The notes under the pieces: model-generated
Told to the model about the DNA's origin: nothing
What the model saw: only the letters and a program-made list of their open reading frames with translations
The model's database searches: none
Made by a program: the position numbers and the translations under genes
Shown here: one piece after another, positions 41,767 to 50,591 of the stretch
How positions within the stretch are numbered: position 1 is the stretch's first letter
Layout: each line of letters starts with the position of its first letter
Assembly: GCA_002393025.1 (NCBI GenBank)
Contig: DGIE01000061.1
Coordinates: 1 to 52,332 of the forward strand
DNA length: 52,332 nt
DNA from: Holosporaceae bacterium UBA3830
Lineage (GTDB): Bacteria > Pseudomonadota > Alphaproteobacteria > UBA3830
Direction of reading: 5' to 3'

Positions 41767-43053
41767 TTACCTTTGATTTCGTTTTATAAGTTCCTTTAAG
41801 TATTTTGCTTTTTCTATATATGAATTCTCCTTTTCTTTATCCAATTGCGAAATACATATGTCTAACAAACGTTCTGCAACAGAAAAATTTCCAATAATCA
41901 GATTTTCTTGCGCCAGCATGAAATTTGAAATTCCTATCTTATTTTTCTTTCCGTACGCTTTAGCTAATAATCGAAAAATATCGCTATCAAAATACAATTT
42001 ATACTTTGCATCTTCTAGAATTCGAATGGCTGTTTCCAAGTCACGGTTTGCTTCAACTAGTACTTCTGCATAATCTTTTTTTATTAAATTGTTTAAATCT
42101 TGATTGTAAATCTGTTTGTAAATTTTAATTGACTCACTTAAATTTCCGGATTCATAAAGCAAATGAGCCAATGTCTCTTTATAAAATATGTCACTTGGAT
42201 TCTGTTCGGATAATCTTTTCATTAGAGTTATCGCTTTAGATATTTTTCCGCAGCGATGAAAATATATTGCTTGAGAATACGGATCTTCGGGTAAATTTTG
42301 ATCCTTCAAAAAAGCTTTGAGTTTTCTCAAAATTCTTGAGTACTTTTTTGTTAAGTTTCTGATCGCATTTTCATTGATCTTTTTTTCGAATTTGCAAGAA
42401 CGATTTTTAAGAGCAATAATGCGAGAGTTCGCATCAGGATGAGACTTAACATATTCCGGAATGTATTCACCTCCATTCAGTATATTGTCGTCTTGAAAAG
42501 CCTGAAACACTGAAATCATATGTTTCGGGTCGTATCCTAGCTTTTCCACATATGATGCCCCAAGAGCGTCCGCAGCAGCTTCTTCTCCTCGACTATATCT
42601 GAGGAAAAACCTTTCATCTGCCATGAGATATCCGAGACTTGCTGCCATGGCCTTTTCTGAACCTGTGAGAATTGTGGCTAACAACCCCGCTAACATCGCT
42701 CCTGTTGTATTTTGTTGCCGGTTAAGAATTCCCGCCATTAATCGATTTATATGTCCTGCCGCTATGTGAGCAGTTTCGTGAGAAAGCACCGCAATGATCT
42801 GTATTGGATCCTTAAATTTCAGCAACAACCCCGAATTTACGAATATGTACCCATTGCCTATAGTAAAAGCATTAACTTCGTCAGAATTTACCACGAAAAT
42901 CTTTGCTGATTTTTCTTGCAGTCCCGCTACTTTAAAAATTGGCTTGACCATGTCCGTCAGCACAGACTCGATTTCGGCATCACGAATCAGACTTATGCCA
43001 ATACAGTCCTCAAACGTTAAAAGACAGAACAGAAGAATTTTAAAAAATTTCAT
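41767..43053 (-). CDS. M48-family metalloprotease with C-terminal TPR repeats (BepA-like)
   Basis: Signal peptide, HExxH in LSHETAHIAAGH, and TPR-like repeats in the C-terminal half. Confidence 0.8.
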   Translation of the reverse strand: MKFFKILLFCLLTFEDCIGISLIRDAEIESVLTDMVKPIFKVAGLQEKSAKIFVVNSDEVNAFTIGNGYIFVNSGLLLKFKDPIQIIAVLSHETAHIAAGHINRLMAGILNRQQNTTGAMLAGLLATILTGSEKAMAASLGYLMADERFFLRYSRGEEAAADALGASYVEKLGYDPKHMISVFQAFQDDNILNGGEYIPEYVKSHPDANSRIIALKNRSCKFEKKINENAIRNLTKKYSRILRKLKAFLKDQNLPEDPYSQAIYFHRCGKISKAITLMKRLSEQNPSDIFYKETLAHLLYESGNLSESIKIYKQIYNQDLNNLIKKDYAEVLVEANRDLETAIRILEDAKYKLYFDSDIFRLLAKAYGKKNKIGISNFMLAQENLIIGNFSVAERLLDICISQLDKEKENSYIEKAKYLKELIKRNQR

Positions 43054-43209
43054 TATCCGATTGCTTTTTTTAGTGACATATTAACTTGCAGAATTGTTGC
43101 TATCAAGCTATAAAAATTAGCCTCCTTTTAAATATTTAAAACAAATCTATTGCAAAGTTCAAAAAACACCTATACCATTTTCGCTGAGATGGAGTTGGGA
43201 GGTTTTAAT

Positions 43210-43962
43210 ATGATAAAAAGAGTAATTGGTGCGGCGATTATTGCAGTTGGTTTGGTGGGATTCGGTTCTGGGTTTGGGTATCTTCGTACTTATTATAGAG
43301 AAAATACTTCAAATTTAATAACGGTCAAGGGATTAGCTGAAAAAATTGTACGTTCTGATATCGCGGAGATAAGCGTTAAGTTTTCCAACGACAAGTTTAA
43401 AAATCTGGAAGATCTCTATAAAAAGCGTGCGGCAGATAGAGAGAAAGTCCTTGCTTTTTTAAAAGAGCATGGCATAACGGATGAGGAAATTATAAATTTT
43501 TCGGTGGATACTTATGATTACACTGAAGAAACAAGAGAAAACACTGATTCGAACACTGTTATCAGTACTCGAAAGGACAGGTATTTCAGATCAAGCGATG
43601 AATTCAACATACAAACAAAGCAATTTGAAAAAGTTGACGCCTTAAAGTTTGATATAATGAATCTTTTATCAGAGAATGTTTTCATAACGTTTGATTATAA
43701 ATATAAGCTGGCAAATTTCATTGATATAAAACTGGACCTGATGAAAGAAGCTTCGGCAAATGCCCGAAAGAACGCTGAAGTTTTTGTTGAACCTCAAGGT
43801 CTTACAATAGATGACGTTATGTATCTTAGGCAGGGAGAGGTTACGATTCGTGCTGAAGATGAGAATGAAGATGTTTCTTCTTGGAATTCTAGAAGAGATA
43901 AAAGTGTAAATAAGAAGCTGCGACTTGTTGTGCATGCAGGTTTTTCGAAAAAGAAAATTTAA
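43210..43962 (+). CDS. SIMPL/DUF541-domain protein
   Basis: The ATG at 43210 lies 7 nt after GGGAGG (43197-43202) and gives the signal anchor MIKRVIGAAIIAVGLVGFG. SIMPL-like text KEASANARKNAEVF is present. The track ORF starts at TTG 43150. Confidence 0.7.
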   Translation: MIKRVIGAAIIAVGLVGFGSGFGYLRTYYRENTSNLITVKGLAEKIVRSDIAEISVKFSNDKFKNLEDLYKKRAADREKVLAFLKEHGITDEEIINFSVDTYDYTEETRENTDSNTVISTRKDRYFRSSDEFNIQTKQFEKVDALKFDIMNLLSENVFITFDYKYKLANFIDIKLDLMKEASANARKNAEVFVEPQGLTIDDVMYLRQGEVTIRAEDENEDVSSWNSRRDKSVNKKLRLVVHAGFSKKKI

Positions 43963-43988
43963 TATCTTTGCGAATGGCATCTGATTTG

Positions 43989-46900
43989 TTATTTACTTTT
44001 GTGGAGGTTCTCTCTGTTTAAAAGGATATATCCAATTGGAACAACCAATAAGGTCAGCAAAATGCCGCTGATTCCGCCGAAAACTTCAACGATACCCAAA
44101 TTTTGACGGCTGACGCAACTGGCTCCTGTCGCGAGCATAAGCGGAACAGCTCCAGCGACAGTGGAAATTCCTGTCATCATGATCGGACGCAATCTTAGAC
44201 GGGCTGCCTCGAGCAAAGCTTCCTTCATTCCCATGCCTGATTCTCTCAACTGATTTGCAAATTCAACGATAAGAATTCCATGCTTTGAATTTAATCCTAT
44301 CAGCATAATTAAACCGATTTGAGAATATATATTCATTGTGTATCCGAGGAAATACAATGCGGTGAGAGCACCCAATCCTCCCAGTGGAACACTCAACATA
44401 ACAATTAGCGGATGTTTAAAACTTTCAAACTGCGAAGCCAAAGCCAAGTACGAAATTAAAACAGCCAATGAGAAAATAAATAACATACTTCCGTCTGATT
44501 CTTTGTAATCTTTGGATTGACCACGGTAGAACATTTGGGCATATTCAGGTAACTTACTTTTTACTTTAGTTTCAACGTAGTTCAAAATGTCGCTCATAGC
44601 ATATCCTGAACTGATATTTCCGGAAAAAGTAATACATCTGGTTCGATCGTGACGCGCTAAGGACCGAGGTGTTCCTGATTCTTTTATATCTGTGAGATTG
44701 TCTAAAGGTATCAATTGATTACTGCCTGATCGAACGTAAATATTCGAGACATCTCTCATATCCGAACGGCTTTCTCGATCCGCTTGCAAAATAACATCGT
44801 ATTCTCGCCCACCATCAATATAAGTGGTAACAGTCTTTGACCCAAGCATGGTTTCCAAAGTGGAGCCTATAGTTTTTGCAGAAATGTTAAGGTCCCCTGC
44901 CCTGTCTTTATCTACATTTACAAAAAACTTCGGCGTAGTTTCTTTATAATCACAATCGATATCAGAAATTCCCGGATATTTTTTCAATTCTTCCAGTATG
45001 ACATTTTTCCATTGGGCCAGCTCCTCATAGTCAGGACCTCCAACGACGAACTGCAGCGCGTGAGAACCGCTCGCCCCTATTCCCATCGGCAGAATCGGAG
45101 AAACACTAACTCCGGCAATTTCTCCTAAAATTTTCTTGAATTGTGCCGCAATTTCGAAGGTAGATTTTTTTCTGTCTTCCGAATTAATGAATTCGATATT
45201 CATATGTCCTGAATTTACCGCACCATCCGCATCTCCAAACCCCGGAACTGTCGTCGTAATATTCTTCGCAATGCCTTCATCTAATACTACTTTTATTTTC
45301 TTTAAAATTTGTTGAGCATAATCTCTCATAACATAGAATCCGGCTCCTTCTCGTGCCGTGATTTTCAAAAATATCGAATTTCTGTCTTCCTTGGGTTCAT
45401 ATTCTCCCGGAAGAATCACAAAAAATACACCGACAATTGTTACAATCGCGACAAAAATCATCACAATATACTTTTTGTAATTCAATAAGCTAACCAAAAT
45501 ATTTTTATAAAATTTTCCGCTTTTTTGAACAACTCTTTCTACCCACATATTAAATTTATCGGATCGATCTATCGCTCGTAAAAATCTTGAACACAACATA
45601 GGGGTAAGAGTCAGTGCGACAAAAGATGATAGACAGACAGAAGTGGACATGGCTACAGAAAATTCCGTAAACATTTTTCCTGTCTTCCCCGGAAGCATTG
45701 AAATCGGAAGAAATACTGATAGCAGAACAACCGTTGTGGATATGACAGCAAACAAAACCTGATTTGATCCTTTTTTAGCCGCATCCATTGCTGACTCGCC
45801 ATTCTCAATATGTCTTTGGATATTTTCCAATACCAAAATCGCGTCATCGACAACTATACCGATTGCCAATACCATCGCCAACAAAGTGAGCATATTTATT
45901 GTGTAACCTAAACTATTCAGAACGATGAAGGAACCTATTATCGATACGGGTACCGTGATTGCAGTTATGATCGCAGCCCGAATCGATCCTATAAATACAA
46001 AAATTATCAAAAACACTAATATTGCAGCAATTATCAAAGAATAAAATACCTCTCTTATCGAATCGTTTATGAATTGAGACTCATCCCTCAGTATTGTCAT
46101 AGACATTCCCTTAGGCAGATTTTTCTCCAAAGTTTTTATCAAAGCACGAACATCTTTAGATATTTGTATAACATCTGCTGTTTGAGATTTTGAAACTCGA
46201 ATGGCTACCGATGGCTCTCCGTTCGCCTCGAAAAAACTTCTACTGGATTTGGTATCTATCACAACTTTTGCTATATCTGAAATTCTGATTGGATGTCCCT
46301 GTTCATCGCGCGAAATAATAATTTTTTCAAAATCTTTCGGCGATGAAAATTGTCTGTTAATTGTTATCGGAAATTCCATGAACTTCGATTCGATTCGTCC
46401 TGCCGGATATTCGACATTTTCAGTTCTGATAGCATTTTCAACATCTTCAACCGTGATATTGTGGGCCGCCAGTTGCTCTTTGTTTACCCAAATCCTCATG
46501 GATTTTTCTTGATTTCCAGCAATATCAACCGACGCAACTCCCTCAATGACCGAAAATTTATCCAAAATATATCGATTCAGGTAATCCGTGATTTCCATTC
46601 CAGACATCGGAGCAGAGACCGAGATCATCACGCAAGGAAATCCTCCTGTGTCGTATTTCCGAATGACAGGAAGATCTGCTCCGTCAGGTAATCTATTGTA
46701 TATTCTGCTGACTCGATCTCGTACGTCATTAGTTGCATTATCAAGATCTCTATCTATTGAAAATTCCAGTTTGACATTTGAACGACCATCTTTACTTGTC
46801 GACTGAATGTTATCCAACCCCTCGATTCCGGCAACTGCGTTTTCTATTTGCTGAGTGATTTTGGTTTCAACAATGCTTGAAGAAGCCCCTGTGTAGGTAG

Positions 46901-47045
46901 TTGAAACAGAAATAGTCGGAATTTCGATATTCGGATATTCTCTTATTCCGATTTTGCGCAAATTTAAATATCCGAATAATAGAATTAAAATCATAAAAAC
47001 CAGAGTAGTAATAGGACGTTTTATGGAAAAGTTGCAGATATTCAT
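43989..47045 (-). CDS. RND efflux transporter permease (AcrB/HAE1-like)
   Basis: 1018 aa, N-terminus FSIKRPITTLVFMILILLFGY..REYPNIEIPTISVSTTYTGAS, with 12-TM RND architecture. Confidence 0.92.
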   Translation of the reverse strand: MNICNFSIKRPITTLVFMILILLFGYLNLRKIGIREYPNIEIPTISVSTTYTGASSSIVETKITQQIENAVAGIEGLDNIQSTSKDGRSNVKLEFSIDRDLDNATNDVRDRVSRIYNRLPDGADLPVIRKYDTGGFPCVMISVSAPMSGMEITDYLNRYILDKFSVIEGVASVDIAGNQEKSMRIWVNKEQLAAHNITVEDVENAIRTENVEYPAGRIESKFMEFPITINRQFSSPKDFEKIIISRDEQGHPIRISDIAKVVIDTKSSRSFFEANGEPSVAIRVSKSQTADVIQISKDVRALIKTLEKNLPKGMSMTILRDESQFINDSIREVFYSLIIAAILVFLIIFVFIGSIRAAIITAITVPVSIIGSFIVLNSLGYTINMLTLLAMVLAIGIVVDDAILVLENIQRHIENGESAMDAAKKGSNQVLFAVISTTVVLLSVFLPISMLPGKTGKMFTEFSVAMSTSVCLSSFVALTLTPMLCSRFLRAIDRSDKFNMWVERVVQKSGKFYKNILVSLLNYKKYIVMIFVAIVTIVGVFFVILPGEYEPKEDRNSIFLKITAREGAGFYVMRDYAQQILKKIKVVLDEGIAKNITTTVPGFGDADGAVNSGHMNIEFINSEDRKKSTFEIAAQFKKILGEIAGVSVSPILPMGIGASGSHALQFVVGGPDYEELAQWKNVILEELKKYPGISDIDCDYKETTPKFFVNVDKDRAGDLNISAKTIGSTLETMLGSKTVTTYIDGGREYDVILQADRESRSDMRDVSNIYVRSGSNQLIPLDNLTDIKESGTPRSLARHDRTRCITFSGNISSGYAMSDILNYVETKVKSKLPEYAQMFYRGQSKDYKESDGSMLFIFSLAVLISYLALASQFESFKHPLIVMLSVPLGGLGALTALYFLGYTMNIYSQIGLIMLIGLNSKHGILIVEFANQLRESGMGMKEALLEAARLRLRPIMMTGISTVAGAVPLMLATGASCVSRQNLGIVEVFGGISGILLTLLVVPIGYILLNRENLHKSK

Positions 47046-48136
47046 TTGATTCCATCCGTATTTTCGGAGAACGTGGAATATTCGACAGAACGTTCGGAAT
47101 TTTCGGAAATTTTCACCATATCTCCGTCGGAAATTTTCACAACTCCGTCAACAATTACCCTATCCGATGAAGTTAGTCCTTTCGTAACCTCGACAAGATG
47201 ATCTCTTCTTTCTCCTATTTCAATTTCTTTTTGCTTTGCTCTATTTTCAGAATCTACTATATATACGTAATGCTTTTCGCCGACATTTAAAACCGCGCTC
47301 TCCTGAATCTGAATAGCATTTCTGTCTTGCATTTCTATAGTAACATTTAACATCATACCTGATCGCAAAAGATAATCTTTATTTTCGATAATGCCACGCA
47401 CGGATATACTTCGAGAAACAGCTGATATACGAGGAGATACAGCTTGTACTGAACCGAAAAACTTCTTGCCCGGTAACGCGATGCCTGTAGCTTCAATTTT
47501 ACAACCTTTTGTAATCAACGATAAATATTTCTCTGGCACAGAAAAATCCACTTTTATGTTTTTGATATCATCTATGGTGGTAATCACGGTTCCGGGAGAA
47601 AGGAGAGCTCCGACACTTATTTTTCTGAGCCCCAGCATTCCGTCAAACGGAGCGACAATGGTTCTTTCTTTTATCTCTTCTTCGACCTCTGCTAATTTTG
47701 CTTGAGCATCCTGAACCTTTGTATTTTGCGAATCATATTCTTTCGCGGCGATAACATTTCTCTTTTTCAGCGTTGAAATTCGAGTTAATTCTCTCTGTTG
47801 CTCCTGAAGATTAATTTCCGCCTGCTTCTTCTGCGCCAACAGTTTATCAATATTTTGTTGAACGAGAACATCCCCCTTCTTCACGAAATCGCAATCGGAA
47901 AAATTTATCTTAGTGACTTTTTGAGCCACGCTGGATGTTATATCTACGGATTCATTCGAAACCGCAGTTCCGATAAATTCCAAAACCGTATGAATCCTTG
48001 ATTCCGTAACTTGGCTGACTTTTACTGAAACCTGAGGTCTTTCTTTAACTCTTGTTGTCTTGGTATTATCAAATAACTTATATACCGAAAACACCAATAA
48101 CAAAACAAATAGCAATCCGATTTTTTTTCTATTCAT
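47042..48136 (-). CDS. RND efflux periplasmic adaptor (MFP) subunit
   Basis: Signal anchor, a coiled-coil hairpin (QAEINLQEQQRELTR..AQAKLAEVEEEIK), and barrel-sandwich text. It overlaps the RND gene by 4 nt. Confidence 0.88.
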   Translation of the reverse strand: MNRKKIGLLFVLLLVFSVYKLFDNTKTTRVKERPQVSVKVSQVTESRIHTVLEFIGTAVSNESVDITSSVAQKVTKINFSDCDFVKKGDVLVQQNIDKLLAQKKQAEINLQEQQRELTRISTLKKRNVIAAKEYDSQNTKVQDAQAKLAEVEEEIKERTIVAPFDGMLGLRKISVGALLSPGTVITTIDDIKNIKVDFSVPEKYLSLITKGCKIEATGIALPGKKFFGSVQAVSPRISAVSRSISVRGIIENKDYLLRSGMMLNVTIEMQDRNAIQIQESAVLNVGEKHYVYIVDSENRAKQKEIEIGERRDHLVEVTKGLTSSDRVIVDGVVKISDGDMVKISENSERSVEYSTFSENTDGIK

Positions 48137-48194
48137 ATCTTTAAATTAAAGTAACAATACCAAGTATTTTTACCAAAAAGATATTAAAAAAACG

Positions 48195-49211
48195 TTAACC
48201 TTTCTTAAGATTTTGAGTAAAGTAATTAATCCCTATCGCGTCTCTGACTTCTTGCAGAGTTTGATTGGCAACGATCGCAGCTTTTTTGCTGCCTTCGGAA
48301 ATTATTTCCAAGAGATCTTTTTTCTTCAAAATCGCTCTTTTTTCGCGAATCGGAAGCAGCATTTTTTGCAGAACATCGTTCAGTAAGGACTTCAAAACAG
48401 TGTCGCCCAGTCCTCCCTTACGATACTTTGCTTTCAGATCTTCGATCTCTGCTTTTTCTTCATAAAAAGCATCGAGATACGTAAACACGACATTACCTTC
48501 GACCTGTCCCGGATCTGAAATCTTGATGTGGTTAGGATCAGTATACATAGACCAAACCTTTTTCTTAACGACCTCCGCTGAATCGCTCAGAAATATAGCA
48601 TTATTCAGTGACTTGCTCGCCTTCGCTTTGCCGTCGATTCCCACCAGGCGTGACGTTTTACTTAAACATGCTTTCGCCTCTTTCAAACAGTTGGTATTGT
48701 AAGTCCGATTGAATCGGCGAACAACCTCGTTGCAAAGTTCGATGAGTGGCAGCTGGTCCTCTCCGACCGGAATAATTTCCGCTTTGAACGCCGTAATATC
48801 CGCCGCCTGGCTTATCGGATAACAGAAAAATCCAACTGGAATGGTATCGCCGTAACCTTTTTGCTGAATTTCGTTTTTCACTGTCGGATTTCGCTCCAAT
48901 CGCGAGGTGGTTACTAAATTCATGTAGTACATCATAAGTTCCGGCAGTGCAGAAATTTGAGATTGTACAAAGATCGTTGAAATATTCGGATCAATTCCCA
49001 CTGAAATATAATCAGCAACGACCTCCAATAGGCTCTCCTGGATTTTAGACGGATTTGCAAAATAATCAGTCAACGCCTGAACATCCGCCACCATCACGTA
49101 CTGGTCGTACTGATGCTGCAGTGCAACTCGATTTTTCAAAGTGCCGATATAATGTCCGAGATGAAGGCAACCTGTCGGTCTGTCCCCTGTCAGCGCAATC
49201 TTCTTATCCAT
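48195..49211 (-). CDS. trpS: Tryptophan--tRNA ligase
   Basis: GDRPTGCLHLGHYIG (HIGH) and KASKS (KMSKS). Length is 338 aa. Confidence 0.95.
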   Translation of the reverse strand: MDKKIALTGDRPTGCLHLGHYIGTLKNRVALQHQYDQYVMVADVQALTDYFANPSKIQESLLEVVADYISVGIDPNISTIFVQSQISALPELMMYYMNLVTTSRLERNPTVKNEIQQKGYGDTIPVGFFCYPISQAADITAFKAEIIPVGEDQLPLIELCNEVVRRFNRTYNTNCLKEAKACLSKTSRLVGIDGKAKASKSLNNAIFLSDSAEVVKKKVWSMYTDPNHIKISDPGQVEGNVVFTYLDAFYEEKAEIEDLKAKYRKGGLGDTVLKSLLNDVLQKMLLPIREKRAILKKKDLLEIISEGSKKAAIVANQTLQEVRDAIGINYFTQNLKKG

Positions 49212-49227
49212 GCTAAATCCTTAAAAG

Positions 49228-49314
49228 TGGTGCCCTTGGCCGGAATCGAACCAGCACATCCTAATGGACAACAGATTTTGAGTCTGTCGCGTCTACCAGT
49301 TCCGCCACAAGGGC
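49228..49314 (-). tRNA. tRNA-Leu (anticodon CAA)
   Basis: The reverse complement is GCCCTTGTGGCGGAACTGGTAGACGCGACAGACTCAAAATCTGTTGTCCATTAGGATGTGCTGGTTCGATTCCGGCCAAGGGCACCA. The anticodon loop is CTCAAAA and there is a long variable arm. Confidence 0.92.
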
Positions 49315-49596
49315 AACTACGCATTATGAATACCTTAAATTTCGCTTCGATGCAATAGCCTGTTGGAAATAATTAATAAAAATAGCAGGAAGTTCCTGCA
49401 GCCTGTGTTTTTTACTCCGATACGACAGTATGCCCTCTGCATCTGAATCGATTTTTGTGATTTCGCGGCATACTGTGGTATAGATATACAGCAAAAATAC
49501 CGCGTCAAGGCGCTGCCTGGTAACTTTTTGTTAACCGTTTCCTGCGAGAATGACGAAGTATGAGTTTTTGTAACAAGGAGCACGTAATGAATTGGT

Positions 49597-50451
49597 TTGC
49601 CAAAAAGGTATTTGACGGGGGGGGATCAAAAAAATCGTTGTAAATCATATAATTATACTTTAAAATTTGCAAAAAACTTCAAAAGTTTATCCGAAAATCT
49701 GAAAAATTTGTATGAGAAAGCAGAGCGATTTTTAACACCGCGCTGTGAGAAAGAATTATCTAGAGGAGCGGTTTTGATCGAGTTCGCAATTTGCATACCG
49801 ATTTTGATTATTTTGTTGTTCTACATCCACGACTTGGTGAAAATTAAAAGATATTATTCTCAAACCGAGTTTGTCGCACAACAGGCTGTTAATATGATCC
49901 AAAATATTTCACAGAATAGAACGAATAAGGAAATAACTATTAAAGATTTAAAGTATGTATGTTCACTTGCTTGGCTGACTCTGTATCCCGCACAAACTAT
50001 GTATGTCAACAGTCAAGGAGGAAGAATACATGATCTTTCCCATGAGCCATGGCTTCATGTGTTCTATGTAAAAGGACTTCCTGATGGCAAAGCTTCAATC
50101 ATATGGGGTTGCCTCATTTTTGGAAACAAGAATGCTCCTAATTGGGGATATTGGTATCATGATAATAGTTGCATATATACTAATCTTCAGTGGAAAACTA
50201 ATGCGGCGCCTGAAAGTATTTATCCCTCTCTAAAAATACAAGATGGAGAAGTAAAAATCATAATAGATACTCATTTATATTGCAATTCTTCCATATATAA
50301 CAAAAATGCAAACATAACTAGTAAACGCCAGGCATTTGGATGCCATTTGGTATTTCCCAAGCATTCATCTTCTCATTCCGAGATGTTCTTTAATTCCGTT
50401 GTCGTCTTCACCCCAAAACCAGGATTATTCAGTGAAACTGCGCCGTCATAA
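49597..50451 (+). CDS. TadE-like pseudopilin (Flp/Tad pilus minor pilin family); start uncertain
   Basis: SRG/AVLIEFAICIPILIILLFY (49762-49785 onward) matches the Flp-family prepilin peptidase motif G/XXXXEF plus a hydrophobic helix. In-frame starts are only weak TTG/CTG codons (49597, 49612, 49699, 49708). The SD+ATG at 49575-49589 is one nucleotide out of frame across the G8 tract. Confidence 0.7.
   Translation: MPKRYLTGGDQKNRCKSYNYTLKFAKNFKSLSENLKNLYEKAERFLTPRCEKELSRGAVLIEFAICIPILIILLFYIHDLVKIKRYYSQTEFVAQQAVNMIQNISQNRTNKEITIKDLKYVCSLAWLTLYPAQTMYVNSQGGRIHDLSHEPWLHVFYVKGLPDGKASIIWGCLIFGNKNAPNWGYWYHDNSCIYTNLQWKTNAAPESIYPSLKIQDGEVKIIIDTHLYCNSSIYNKNANITSKRQAFGCHLVFPKHSSSHSEMFFNSVVVFTPKPGLFSETAPS
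49617..49624 (+). repeat. G8 homopolymer at the 5' end of the TadE-like gene (candidate slipped-strand switch)
   Basis: Counted directly: 4 G at the end of the line (49617-49620) and 4 G at the next line start (49621-49624). It is the longest G/C run I found in the window. Confidence 0.9.
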
Positions 50452-50487
50452 CAAATAAGAGAATTGTCGCCTCCAGAGGCACTCTGG

Positions 50488-50525
50488 CTCCAACCTCCGG
50501 CTTATTCAGTGAAACCGCGCCATAA
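50488..50525 (+). repeat. Degenerate second copy of the TadE-like gene 3' end (first copy 50411..50451)
   Basis: Copy 2 is CTCCAACCTCCGGCTTATTCAGTGAAACCGCGCCATAA and copy 1 is CCCCAAAACCAGGATTATTCAGTGAAACTGCGCCGTCATAA. Both encode GLFSETAP followed by a stop (directly in copy 2, after one extra Ser codon in copy 1). Confidence 0.8.
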
Positions 50526-50591
50526 TATAGGTAATCGCTTATCAAAAGGGCATCAAAAATAATCTCAAAAGGATCAATTTGTTGTGCTATT

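Noticed and set aside
49335-49583. 82-aa minus-strand ORF between tRNA-Leu and the TadE-like gene
   Set aside because: It has no SD and no recognisable motifs. It overlaps the likely promoter region of the + strand locus and is treated as non-coding spacer.
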